Positions 27,725 to 40,400 are shown, numbered from the stretch's first letter. The stretch: 64,000 bases of DNA from Eledone cirrhosa (GCA_964016885.1 OZ024756.1:62001-126000); one strand, 5' to 3'. The notes: a model not told the origin generated them from the sequence alone. Numbers and translations: made by a program.

Positions 27725-28440
27725 CTTTACAAGGTGTAAAGGGTGTATTCTATCACAGCACCAACACTACTGCTTTACAGGGTGTACTGGGTGTATTATA
27801 TCACAGCAGCAACGCTACCACTTTACAGGGTGTACTGGGTGTATTTTATTATGGCACCAACACTACTGCTTTACTGGGCGTACTGGGTGCATTCTATCAC
27901 AGCACCAACTCTACTGCTTTACAGGGTGTACTGGGTGTATTCTACCACAGCCCCTACACTACCACTTTACAGGGTGTACTGGGTGTATTCTATCACAGCC
28001 CCTACACTACCACTTTACAGTGTGTACTGGGTGTATGCTATCACAGCACCAACACTACCACTTTACAGGGTGTACTGGGTGTATTCTATCACAGCACCAA
28101 CTCTACTGCTTTACAGGGTGTACTGGGTGTATTCTATCACAGCACCTACACTACCACTTTACAGGGTGTACTGGGTGTATTCTATCACAGCACCTACACT
28201 ACCACTTTACAGGGTGTACTGGGTGTATTCTATCACAGCACCAACACTACCACTTTACAGGGTGTACTGGGTGTATTCTATCACAGCACCTACACTACCA
28301 CTTTACAGGGTGTACTGGGTGTATTCTATCACAGCACCAACACTACCACTTTACAGGGTGTACTGGGTGTATTCTATCACAGCACCAACACTACCACTTT
28401 ACAGGGTGTACTGGGTGTATTTTATGAAGGCACCAACACT
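27725..28440. repeat. 48-bp minisatellite
   Basis: CTTTACAGGGTGTACTGGGTGTATTCTATCACAGCACCAACACTACCA, about 15 copies. Confidence 0.96.
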
Positions 28441-28530
28441 AGAGAGGTTGTCACATATTTGGCCAGACTGAAGGATCCCCCCAGACCCAATACTGTCTCT
28501 GTTCAACACAGCAGGCTTCATGTCCCTCAC

Positions 28531-28588
28531 CATCTTTACTGTCAGTGTTGTAGTCCTTGATGGACAGGTCTTTTGTAGATATTTCTAT
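28531..28588 (-). other. Candidate 58-nt host exon (IEISTKDLSIKDYNTDSKD-)
   Basis: Acceptor ccttcctccattcacatattttag|ATAG, donor GATG|gtgagg, open phase-0 frame in unique sequence. No homology evidence. Confidence 0.3.
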
Positions 28589-29216
28589 CTAAAATATGTG
28601 AATGGAGGAAGGTGATATATGTCTTTGTACACATTTGTGTGTATATGTGTACACATCCATACATATGTGTGTACACACCCGCATATATATATGTGTACAC
28701 ACCCGCATATATATATATATATGTACACACCCACATATATATATATGTGTACACACCCACATATATATATATATATGTGTACACATCCACACATAAATAT
28801 GTGTACACACCCGCATATATATATATGTGTACACACCCGCATATATATATATGTGTACACACCCGCACATTCATGTGAGAATTTTAAGATGGACATAAAA
28901 TAAAAAACGGTAGAAATATTTCAGGTATGGCTGAACCAACAGTTTCTCTCAAGACTCAATTGGAATTCCAGTTGGAGCTTAGTATTCTTCACACTAGAAC
29001 TTTTATACCACCACTGCCATCATCACCACCACAACCACAATCATACCAGCACCACTGCCTCCACCACCACCACCACTATTAATACCCACAGACAGATGTT
29101 TATTCTACCTGGCACCATACTACAGATAAAAGCACAACTATGCAACAGCCCCCACTCCTTTATATTGTTCCTGACATTTCTTGTGAGGCCACTCACTGAC
29201 CATTTTAGAACAACTT

Positions 29217-29389
29217 TCACAGGTAAAGGTTAACTCTTTTACAGCAACAGCAACTGCAGCAGCCACAGCAACAGCAGCAGTCACAGCAACTGCAGCAGTC
29301 ACAGCAACTGCAGCAGCCACAGCAAGTGCAGCAGCAACAGCAAGTGCAGCAGCCACAGTAACTCCAATCTTCCTCAACACCTTTTAAAG
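29217..29389 (-). other. Candidate exon encoding a cysteine-string peptide
   Basis: Acceptor tctttcttccatttcag|CT; the only open frame reads LKGVEEDWSYCGCCTCCCCCTCCGCCSCCDCCSCCDCCCCCGCCSCCCCKRVNLYL*. May simply be a CAG-type repeat. Confidence 0.25.
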
Positions 29390-29459
29390 CTGAAATGGAA
29401 GAAAGATTCCCTAACTCATCTCTTCTGAATTCTAAGTGTTGATATCTATGTAAATAAAT

Positions 29460-29645
29460 GTTTCTACTTTTGGCAGAAGGCCAACACTTATCCCAGTGTA
29501 TTACTGGTACTTTATTCTATCGACCCCGTAAGGATGAAAGGCAAAGTTAACCTCGGCAGGATTTGAACTCAGACCATAAAGGGCCGTAACACTTTGCTGC
29601 AAAGCATGGCGTCCGACCCTCTACCGATACTGCCAATCCACCACC
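29460..29645 (-). mobile_element. SINE S1
   Basis: Matches 14820-15022 (cgaccccgtaaggatgaaaggcaaagttaacctcggc...ctctaccgatactgccaatcc). Confidence 0.88.
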
Positions 29646-29667
29646 CTCTCTATTATTATTATTAATA

Positions 29668-29865
29668 TTGGCAGAATTGGTAGAGCATCAGACACTATGC
29701 TATGCAGTATTTAGTTATGGCCCTTTATGTTCTGAGTTCAAATCCTGCCGAGGTTAGCTTTGCTTTTCATCCTCACAAGGTTGATAAAATAAAGTACCAG
29801 TAATGCACTAGGGTTCATTAAATCGACTTCCCCCTCCACTTTGGCCTTGTGCTTAAATCAGAAAT
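29668..29865 (+). mobile_element. SINE S1, head-to-head with the previous copy
   Basis: TGGCAGAATTGG...GAGTTCAAATCC...GCTTTTCATCCTCACAAGGTTGATAAAATAAAGTACCAG. Confidence 0.82.
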
Positions 29866-30124
29866 CCTAATTATTATTGGCAGCAAGAGGACAGTCAATT
29901 GGCAGACGTTGGACAACATGCTTCATGGTGTATAGTTACAGCCTTTTACGTTCTGCCTACATACCTATCTATCCTCAGATTCTGTCAGCCTATCTATCTG
30001 TATGTCTATCTATCTATCTCTCTACCTACATATCTATCTATCTACCTACCTATCTATCCATTTATCTAGCTATCTGTAAGTATCTATCTGTCTATCCATC
30101 TATTTATCTATCTGTCTGTCTCTA

Positions 30125-31360
30125 AGTCCTTCATCTACTACCGCTTGACACTCGTGCCTTGTCCCCATGATCACCTCACCAAGATGGAATGTCTTCTCTT
30201 CAAGTTCCTTTGGAAAAAACAGGCTCCGTTGGTGAGGAGATCCATCTGCTGCCAACACCCTTCTAATGGAGGGCTGGGCATGCTGTGGCTGATGATGTAC
30301 AAACATGCGCTGAGGCTACGCCATCTCCAGATGTCCTGACCGATGAACCGGTGTGGTTGTCGTTTGTGAGACAAGCTTTTCCACAACTCGTCTCGTTAAC
30401 ATAGCTGTAGTCTTGGGTCAAGCGAAGACCGAAAATAGGCGCCTGGCACCTTGAGTGCCATCAGGCGCTCACAGCCCTCTACCAAGCGCAAACAGCAATT
30501 AGCGGAGACTCCACGTCAACATTCTATAGGGGATTAGTGGAGGATAAGAGCGACAACGTTCCCGGGGAAATTCTAAGAGGCATCGAAGAGGATGAACTGG
30601 CCAGTCTGTTTGGGAGGACAATCCGTCCAGGGCATTTGGATAACTTCTAGAGGTCTCTGGCCTGGCAGTGCTACCAAGGAGCTCTACCAGTTCAAGACAA
30701 AATCTACAGGCACTGACGTCCTGGCAGGGATCCTGCCAAAAGGACCTGTCCAAGATGTGAGCAGGACATTGAAACAGTTCTGCACGCAATTGTTCAGTGT
30801 CCAGGGGTGACCGACCTGTGGAATAAAGTCGAACAGCTACTGTCTCATGTGGGAGAAATCCAGTTGTCAGCTGAGTCCATCGTGAGGATCATGTCGCCGC
30901 CTTCTGTCTGGTGACTATGGCGAAAGAAGTAATATGGTGGATGAGGTTAAAAGAGGGCAAACACCTTTCTCTCCGGACAACAACTCATCCCTTTCTTTAA
31001 GTACCACTTCAGAAGGAAGGTGAAAGTGGAGAGAGAGGTGCTACACCCCAGTAAATTCGCTGAAAGGTGGGTGAATGGGCCATCTCTGTATGTAAACCTG
31101 TAGGTTGAGGAAGATAAACAGAGGGACGCCAGGAATACCTACAAAACGTGTTCCTGCTGTTGAGGGTTGTTCTATCCACAGGGTGTAAAACAGCCCTGCA
31201 ATAACGTTCCCCCCTACTGGGGATTTCAATTGTTATTTTATTATATATAGTTTATTGTTATTTATTAATGTTAAAGTTATTTTTATGTACCCCCCCCCCC
31301 CCCGCCGTCACGTCTTGTAATGTCCCATTTTTGTACGCCCCTGTGGCAAATAAAGAAAGA
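30125..31360 (+). mobile_element. Decayed L1/Tx1-type LINE, 3' portion
   Basis: LFKFLWKK..VRRSICCQHPSNGGLG, then AWQCYQGALPV and CPRCEQDIETVLHAIVQC (CCHC zf-RVT-like); ends with AATAAA and an A-rich tail; many stops. Confidence 0.8.
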
Positions 31361-31505
31361 TATCTATCTGTCAGTCTATCTATTTGTCTATCTCTATTTA
31401 TATAACCCAGATTTCAGTCATACAACTCTTATCAGTGAATGACAGCAACTTTGGAAGAGAATTTAACTAACTGTCTTTCTTATGTTTATCAGTATGGTGA
31501 TGATG

Positions 31506-34000
31506 GTACTGCGTACACTATACACTGTACTGAGTACACTATACACTGTACTGCGTACATTATACACTGTGCTGTGTACACTATACACTGTACTGCGTAC
31601 ATTATACACTGTGCTGTGTACACTATACACTGTACTGCGTACACTATACACTGTGCTGTGTACACTATACACAGTACTGCGTACATTATACACTGTGCTG
31701 TGTACACTATACACTGTACTGCGTACACTATACACTGTGCTGTGTACACTATACACAGTACTGTGTACACTATACACTGTACTGCGTACATTATACACTG
31801 TGCTGTGTACACTATACACTGTACTGCGTACATTATACACTGTGCTGTGTACACTATACACTGTACTGCGTACATTATACACTGTGCTGTGTACACTATA
31901 CACTGTACTGCGTACACTATACACTGTGCTGTGTACACTATACACAGTACTGTGTACACTATACACTGTACTGCGTACATTATACACTGTACTGCGTACA
32001 TTATACACTGTGCTGTGTACACTATACTGCGCACATTATACACTGTGCTGTGTACACTGTACTGCGTACATTATACACTGTGCTGTGTACACTATACTGC
32101 GTACATTATACACTGTGCTGTGTACACTATACTGCGCACATTATACACTGTGCTGTGTACACTGTACTGCGTACATTATACACTGTGCTGTGTACATTAT
32201 ACACTGTGCTGTGTACACTATACTGCGTACATTATACACTGTACTGCGTACATTATACACTGTGCTGTGTACACTATACTGCGTACATTATACACTGTGC
32301 TGTGTACACTGTACTGCGCACATTATACACTGTGCTGTGTACACTATACTGCGTACATTATACACTGTGCTGTGTACACTATACTGCGCACATTATACAC
32401 TGTGCTGTGTACACTGTACTGCGTACATTATACACTGTGCTGTGTACATTATACACTGTGCTGTGTACACTGTACTGCGTACATTATACACTGTGCTGTG
32501 TACACTATACTGCGCACATTATACACTGTGCTGTGTACACTGTACTGCGCACATTATACACTGTGCTGTGTACACTGTACTGCGCACATTATACACTGTG
32601 CTGTGTACACTATACTGCGCACATTATACACTGTGCTGTGTACACTGTACTGCGTACATTATACACTGTGCTGTGTACATTATACACTGTGCTGTGTACA
32701 CTGTACTGCGTACATTATACACTGTGCTGTGTACACTATACTGCGCACATTATACACTGTGCTGTGTACACTGTACTGCGCACATTATACACTGTGCTGT
32801 GTACACTATACTGCGCACATTATACACTGTGCTGTGTACACTGTACTGCGTACATTATACACTGTGCTGTGTACATTATACACTGTGCTGTGTACACTAT
32901 ACTGCGTACATTATACACTGTACTGCGTACATTATACACTGTACTGCGTACATTATACACTATACACTGTACTGCGTACACTATACACTGTACTGTGTAC
33001 ATTATACACTGTACTGTGTACACTATACACTGTACTGAGTACACTATACACAGTACTGTGTATACTATACACTGTACTGAGTACACTATACACAGTACTG
33101 TGTACACTATACACAGTACTGTGTATACTATACACTGTACTGAGTACACTATACACAGTACTGTGTACACTATACACAGTACTGTGTATACTATACACTG
33201 TACTGAGTACACTATACACAGTACTGTGTACACTATACACAGTACTGTGTATACTATACACTGTACTGAGTACACTATACACAGTACTGTGTACACTATA
33301 CACTGTACTGCGTACACTATACACTGTACTGCGTACACTATACACTATACTGCGTACATTATACACTGTGCTGTGTACACTATACACAGTACTGTGTATA
33401 CTATACACTGTACTGAGTACACTATACACAGTACTGTGTACACTATACACAGTACTGTGTATACTATACACTGTACTGAGTACACTATACACAGTACTGT
33501 GTACACTATACACTATACTGCGTACATTATACACTGTGCTGTGTACACTATACACTGTACTGTGTACACTATACACAGTACTGTGTACACTATACACAGT
33601 ACTGTGTATACTATACACTGTACTGAGTACACTATACACAGTACTGTGTACACTATACACTGTACTGCGTACACTATGCACTGTACTGAGTACACTATAC
33701 ACAGTACTGTGTATACTATACACTGTACTGAGTACACTATACACAGTACTGTGTACACTATACACAGTACTGTGTACACTATACACTGTACTGCGTACAC
33801 TATACACTATACTGCGTACATTATACACTGTGCTGTGTACACTATACACTGTACTGTGTACACTATACACAGTACTGTGTACACTATACACAGTACTGTG
33901 TACACTATACACAGTACTGTGTATACTATACACTGTACTGAGTACACTATACACAGTACTGTGTACACTATACACTGTACTGCGTACACTATGCACTACG
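31506..34000. repeat. 7-bp-based (14/21/35-bp) satellite rich in GTAC palindromes
   Basis: ACTGTAC-TGCGTAC-ACTATAC subunits and variants over about 2.5 kb. Confidence 0.96.
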
Positions 34001-34253
34001 CAACTGATCCAATCATTTAGCTGTGATATTTTGTCAGAAACAATCAGATAACCTGAATTTAACAATATCACATTGGTAACAGGAACTAGAGCAATCAATA
34101 CTATCATATGTATAGATAGACGCACATACACATATATATATATATACATACACACACATATGTCTACCTACATTGTCACCATAATAATTTAACATTCATT
34201 TTCACACACACATATACTTATATATACACATGCTTAACTAAACATATATATAT

Positions 34254-34600
34254 GGAGGCACATGGCTTAGTGGTTAGAACATTGGCCTTGCAATCGAAAG
34301 GTTGTGAGTTCAATTCTCAGACTGGGTGATGTGTTGTTTCCTTGAGCAAGACACTTTATTTCACATTGCTCCAGTTTACTCAGCTGTAGAAATGAGATGA
34401 TAGGGACTGGGGTCCATATCATTCCACTGCAAAGTGGTCGTGGAGGTGCCGCAGCAAAAAAAAGCACCTAGCACTCACTGTAAATGAGATTGGTGTTAGG
34501 AAGGGCATCCAGCTGTAGAAACCAAGCCAGAATCAGTTCCCGTCCCACCCTTGCAAGCAGGGAAAAGCGGACGTAAAATGAAATGATGAAATGATGATGA
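34254..34600 (+). mobile_element. Full-length SINE S2
   Basis: Near-identical to 23984-24329; flanked by (TA)n. Confidence 0.92.
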
Positions 34601-35517
34601 TATATATATATATATACACATATATATACATATATAAAGAGAGGAACAAAAGCCCAGTGAGTGGCTGTGATATTGTGGTGCAACTGAAAGGTCTTTAGTC
34701 TCAGTTGAGACGTCCTTGTGTGTTTGTTGACAACTGTTTCAATGGAGAGATAGCTGAGTGGTGAGGAAGTCTGCTCCACAACCAGGAGAGGTTGAGTTCT
34801 ATCTTCCTGTCTGGCAACAAATGTTGCTATTTTAAATTTTTATAATTTTGTGAGAAGAAATTGGGTAAATGATGACTGCAGAAGCCCTTTGGATGAACAG
34901 TATCTGTAATTCTGTGACAATGTTGCTGTAAATCGACTTGTGACTTAAGGGTACACGTGACTGTGGAGTGTTTGGCAACTTCTACATTAACAAGTTGGAC
35001 ATTGTGTTGATCAAACATCGAAATCAATAACACGAGACTACATGTTATAGTTCAACTGACCCTTGGGAAGAGATTATCCAGCCACCCTTCTGGAACGGAC
35101 ACCATCAATATTCAAACAAGTACACCCATCTTAAAGGGTTCCTATTTAAAACCTTCCAACATATAAGAACCACATATTAAGGAACTAGTGTTGTAATTGA
35201 ATAATTAATAATTTTAGTAAATCTCTCAAAATTCTTCACTAATTAATAGAAATAGTGTATTTCATTAGAGATATGGTCAAGAAAGGGTTAAAAGCCACTG
35301 ATAGCTTAGGGAGGTAATTATAATTACAAATACACTTGCATTTGCTACATTTAACAAGTTTTATAGGAATCCCCCTGAAACTACCTCTAGTTCTACAATA
35401 CAAAACTGTTTACTTTTAATTGTATATATTTATCTTCCATCAAAAATATCTTTTTATTTGTACCTTTGTTAAGTTATGTTCCCAAACACCAGCATGATAA
35501 TGAGAAAGAGAGTTATA

Positions 35518-36110
35518 TTACTGAGTCTCTCCAATGTTTGTTGCTTCTGTAATTTGTTGGAGCATTGTGTCTCTTCTGTGTTTGAATATAAATTTTATCT
35601 CTATCTTCTCTAATGTGCCCCTATGTTCTATTTTGGCATGTTGGTGGAGTACTGATGAGTTTTTCCCACCCTGAAGTTCTTGCCAGTGTTCACTTATCCT
35701 TTCTCCTATGCTACAGGCTGTTTCACCTATGTATGTTATATTCTTATTCCTACACTGTCCCTCAGTACATCTTATGCTATATACTACGTTCCTAGTTTTG
35801 CAGTTAATTTGTGGGCTTAATTTGCAGACTAGGCATTTCCTATCAGTGCAGGAGGTTCTTTGAAATGGGTATGGTTTACTAATTAGGGGTTTTATGGAAA
35901 TACCTGGTCTTTCAACTATATTAATATTTAATTTAATTTTTGTTTGTCCAGAGCCCTTCTAAATCTGTATGCTAGTTTGTCTCTGGGGGTTGTATTGACA
36001 AATATTACACTCTGGTATTTATTGCTATCATACCATGAGTTGATTTTATTGGTCTTTTTCTTAATCTTTTCTATTTTATTCCAAAATTTGCTCCTATACA
36101 TGGGGCAAGT
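35518..36110 (-). pseudogene. Penelope-like element ORF fragment: linker, Cys motif and GIY-YIG endonuclease
   Basis: Manual translation 35880 to 35518: SKPYPFQRTSCTDRKCLVCKLSPQINCKTRNVVYSIRCTEGQCRNKNITYIGETACSIGERISEH...SSVLHQHAKIEH...DTMLQQITEA. The upstream part (SVIFVNTTP) is in track ORF 35928..36134. Confidence 0.88.
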
Positions 36111-36119
36111 GACAAACAA

Positions 36120-36600
36120 ACACACTACAACCAATATTAAACAGAAAACATGAGTGGAAGAGCAACAACATCACAACTAGTAATTAAGGACAAAATGAAG
36201 ACATACAGAGATACACAAAAACCAAACCAAACACACACAGATAAAACAACCAACCAACAATTAAATAAACACACACACACACACACACGAACGTAACACA
36301 TCTACAAACCAAGCACACAAAAACAAGGTGTAGGTCAGAACAAAGGAGAGACGCAAATTAAGAAATCAGTCATTGAGGAGGTCACAGAATGTGTGACGAA
36401 AGAGCTTTGACAATATATAAACAACCACCCAGCTACTCAATCAGCCAACCAACCAACCAACCGGAAACTTGTAATAAATTGAAGTGAAAAGCAACAGGTG
36501 TGTATGGTTTTATTGGCAGCATGATCCTCCCCAAGTATAACAATATCTGTTTCAACACGCGTTTTCAGATAAGATACCTTCCAAAATAAATTCAAAAACA
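36120..36600 (+). mobile_element. Penelope-like element 3' end (C-terminus plus 3' UTR/pLTR), inverted relative to the ORF fragment
   Basis: Plus strand QPILNRKHEW near 36128-36157 resembles the P-x-LN-x-K-x-EW end of PLE GIY-YIG domains; hammerhead-like motif at 36369-36411; AATAAA near 36473. Confidence 0.7.
36369..36411 (+). ncRNA. Degenerate minimal hammerhead ribozyme
   Basis: GTCA-TTGAGGA-G-GTCACA-GAATG-TGTGAC-GAAA-GAGC-TT-TGAC. C3 is mutated here but intact in the 25.5k copy, so the consensus core is CTGAGGA/GAAA. Confidence 0.55.
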
Positions 36601-36609
36601 AAGTATGTG

Positions 36610-36655
<46 letters not shown>

Positions 36656-36899
36656 TATCCACACACTTTAAAATAAACAACTATATACTATAGAATGAAA
36701 AGCGACTCCAGGCAGTTTGTTTTGTATGAAAAGGGTTTAAAAAATAGTGAAGCTTTGATCGTAAAATTGAGGGAGAAAGATAAAAGTAGAAGAGAGGAAT
36801 ATAGAAGATTTGTTGTATAAGACTACAGACACACTTATCTCAGTAGAGATAACTATACAGCTAGTCTTCTCTATATATGGTAATATATGCTATCAACAC

Positions 36900-37660
36900 A
36901 TGGTGTTATTGTTGGTAGTGGTGGTGGTGTTGTTGTTGTTGTTGGTGGTAGGTGTTATTGTTGTTGGTGGTGGTGTTATTGTTGCTGGTGTTGTTGTTGT
37001 TGGTGGTGTTGTTGTTGGTGGTGGTGGTAGTGTTGTTGGTGGTGGTGGGGTGGTGGTAGTGTTGTTGTTGGTGTTCTTGGTAGTTAGTATTGGTGGTGTT
37101 GATGTTGTTGGTAGTGTTGTTGATGTTGGTGGTGGTGTTAATTTTATTTATTTTGTGTGTCTTCTGTACTTTTTTTTTTAATCAATGCTAATGATTAGCC
37201 ACCACTACCACCACCAGCACCGCTATTACTATTACTACCCACACCAGCACCACCACTACCACCACCACCGCTACTACTACCACCACCAGCACTGCTATTA
37301 CTATTACTACCCACACCAGCACCACCACTACCACCACCACCGCTACTACTACCACCACCAGCACTGCTACTACTACCACCACCACCAGCACTGCTACTAC
37401 TACCACCAGCACTGCTACTACTACTACCACCACCACCACTACTACTACCATCACCACTGCTACTACTACCACCACCACCATTACCAGCACTACTACTACC
37501 ACCACCACCGCTACTACTACCACCACCATTACCACCGCTACTACTACCACCACCACCACTACCAGCACTGCTACTACTACCACCACCATTACCACCACTA
37601 CTACTACTACCACCGCCGCTACTACTACCACCACTACCACCATCTTTGTCACCATTACCC
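36900..37660. repeat. (GGT/GTT)n and (CAC/TAC)n low-complexity trinucleotide tracts
   Basis: Direct reading. Confidence 0.9.
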
Positions 37661-37922
37661 CCCCCCCCCCCAATACAAATGAACACTTATCTCTATTACC
37701 ATTAACAAAGTCCCAGGTGAGCTTTAGATGAACAAGAGTACTTTGGTAAAACAGAAGCTGTGTATATAAATGCAGGTCAACACACGCACACACACATCTA
37801 TATATATGTGTGTATATATATATCAGTGAGTGTGAGTGTCTTTATACATACATATATGTATGTATGCATATGAGGAAAAGAAAATGACAAATGTGCATGT
37901 GTGTACACTGATATATATATAA

Positions 37923-38005
<83 letters not shown>

Positions 38006-38227
38006 TATGAATGGATGGATGGATGTATATCTGAGTGTGTATATACATGCACTGTGCCAGTCAGAAAACATAGCACACTCATACACAAACACACCAACAC
38101 ATACACACTTTAATAAGCATACTATACACATATATAAACACACGCATGACATATGACATTAACTTGGTACAATTGAAGGCAAGCAATGGTATAAACATGG
38201 AATATATATATATATATATATATATAA

Positions 38228-38542
38228 TTGGTGTTGGATGCTTAAAGTGTCCGTATGCGGTAGGCCGTTTGAGCACTCGATGCTCTCATAGAGCAGAGTA
38301 TGATATCACAGAAAAAAAGAGAATCAGTGTTGCGACGAATGGAATTTATCGGACATATTACAATCGTTTCTCTGGCGACCAGTTCGCGGCACGATCGATG
38401 TGATGATCAAACCTGACTCTGAAAATCGCAAGGTCCTCAGATACGTCTCTATTCTATGAAGCAGATTTTCCTATTGGAAACGATTGTAATATGTCCAATA
38501 AATTCCATTTGTCGCAACACTGATTCTCTTTTTTTCTGTGAT
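38228..38542 (-). mobile_element. 66-bp inverted repeats (106-bp spacer) plus one-sided tail; partial hammerhead
   Basis: Arms 38305-38370 and 38477-38542, each reading outward GAAACGATTGTA; tail on the left with TCGAGTGCTC (minus strand, 38271-80); (TA)n on both sides. Confidence 0.65.
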
Positions 38543-38924
38543 TATATATATATATATATACACACACATACACTTGAGTTTATACATACATGGGAGGACA
38601 ATGGTATAAACAGCATTATACTTCAGAAAACATTGAATATGTATAATTTTATGTTGGGAATATATTGGAATATATATACACATGTGCGGATTAGAAATGC
38701 CTCCTCTATTTGTTCAGGATCACCCTGCTCTGAGGTCGACTTTCATCCTTTCATGGCTGATAAAGATACCAGTCCAGTCCCCTCCCGCCTGTTCCGACCT
38801 GAAGAGATGATGTGCTCTGCCAGGTTTAAAATGCATTAGGACAGCGCCACTACAACTCCATCAAGATATATATCATCATCTTCATCATTTTACGTCGCTT
38901 TTTCCTTGTCTATCTATTTATATA

Positions 38925-38955
<31 letters not shown>

Positions 38956-39124
38956 TTATTTATACTTATATATACCCTATATATAATTATAAACAGGAAA
39001 GGTCAGTAATTCATTACCACCTTATTACCAGTAAGAAAAATAGCTCAATCTAAATACATCAGATGTTTTACAGAGCCGGAATCTAAATTACAGAATAATT
39101 AAAACTATGTTCAAAACATTTTAT

Positions 39125-39171
39125 TGCTGACAATCGTTTCTTCCAAACTCTCGTTTGGAATCATCGGAGCA
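39125..39171 (-). ncRNA. Minimal type-I hammerhead ribozyme motif (U4C core variant)
   Basis: TGCT-CCGATGA-TTCCAAAC-GAGA-GTTTGGAA-GAAA-CGATTG-TC-AGCA then AATAAA: perfect 8-bp stem II with a GNRA loop and a GUC cleavage triplet. Confidence 0.75.
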
Positions 39172-39544
39172 CTAGCAAAGTTTAGACATATAATTAACCT
39201 CCTATTCCACAGAACAATCGTAAAGATACGTAGGTAGTTAGTGTTGTCATCAACAGTGTCATATTTAAAGAGTGGAGGTGATGTGGTCAGTATCAGTGGA
39301 TGCAACAAAGATTATAAAAGAATAATACAATTATAGAGGAATTAAAGAAAAAAGTTACTTGTTTTGCAAGTAACTTTCTTCTTTAATTGTTGTATTATTC
39401 TTTTATAATCTTTGTTGCATCCACTGATACTGACCACATCATCTCCACTCTTTAAATATGACACTGTTGATGACAACACTAACACCTACGTATCTTTACG
39501 ATTGTTCTGTGGAATAGGTTAATTATATGTCTAAACTTTGCAAG

Positions 39545-39591
39545 TGCTCCGATGATTCCAAACGAAAGTTTAGAAGAAACGATTGTCAGCA
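39545..39591 (+). ncRNA. Hammerhead motif, mirror copy
   Basis: TGCT-CCGATGA-TTCCAAAC-GAAA-GTTTAGAA-GAAA-CGATTG-TC-AGCA; one stem II mismatch. Confidence 0.68.
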
Positions 39592-39699
39592 ATAAAGTGT
39601 TTTGAACATAGTTTTGATTATTCTGTAATTTATATAAATATATATATATATATATATATGGAGGAAGTTATAGTTCACTTGAAGCATCGTGTAATGAGG

Positions 39700-40071
39700 T
39701 ATAAACGTTTGTATATGTATAATAAAGCCAAAACAATGCAGGTATGGACATAGAATAAAGAATGCAAATGCAAAAGATATTGTTGACAATTAGTATTTTA
39801 CGTTAGATTTATTTAAATGTCCTTAATTTCCGAGATAATATCTCTTCTTCGGAGGGAAGTAAAGCGGTTAAACCAGTGTTCTAAATAGCTATTTAGAACA
39901 CTGGTTTAACCGCTTTACTTCCCTCCGAAGAAGAGATATTATCTCGGAAATTAAGGACATTTAAATAAATCTAACGTAAAATACTAATTGTCAACAATAT
40001 CTTTTGCATTTGCATTCTTTATTCTATGTCCATACCTGCATTGTTTTGGCTTTATTATACATATACAAACG

Positions 40072-40077
<6 letters not shown>
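39700..40077. repeat. Apparently perfect 378-bp palindrome (189-bp arms, no spacer) with hammerhead-like motif
   Basis: Centre AAATAG|CTATTT at 39888/39889; CCGAAGA-A-GAGATATTATCTC-G-GAAA at 39925-39950, followed by AATAAA. Confidence 0.88.
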
Positions 40078-40102
<25 letters not shown>

Positions 40103-40400
40103 AAAATAAAAAAAAATATTCCAGAGTAGGTAAAAATATCATATGAATATTTATAGGTAGGTATATATATATAAAGTTTAAGCAAAGAATCGCTGCCGTC
40201 ATCTTTATATATATATCAGCATTATCATCATCACTGTTTTATGTCAATTCTTCCACGCTAGCATGGGTTAGACGGGTTGTCCTGTTATGGGCAATATTAG
40301 GTCGGCTGACCTTGTCTTGCTCATACGGAATATGAATAAATATAATCCTTATCGATCCCTCTTCGGATTTTAGTCTTCACATTTATTTTATATATATATA

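Larger units (their letters stand above)
38990..39632 (-). mobile_element. Hammerhead-bearing palindrome (arms about 270 bp) plus about 95-bp tail
   Basis: Arms 39084-39361 and 39367-39632 are reverse complements with a few substitutions and indels; flanked by (TA)n. Confidence 0.82.

Noticed and set aside
27699-28471. Cys/His-rich 242-aa ORFs resembling metal-binding proteins
   Set aside because: 48-bp tandem repeat with two overlapping frames equally open.
31439-34155. 870-, 656-, 518- and 400-aa ORFs
   Set aside because: Read-through of a 7-bp-based satellite that is open in several frames on both strands.
37185-37793. His/Tyr-rich and Gly/Ser-rich ORFs resembling structural proteins
   Set aside because: Trinucleotide low-complexity tract open in several frames, with no splice or signal-peptide support.
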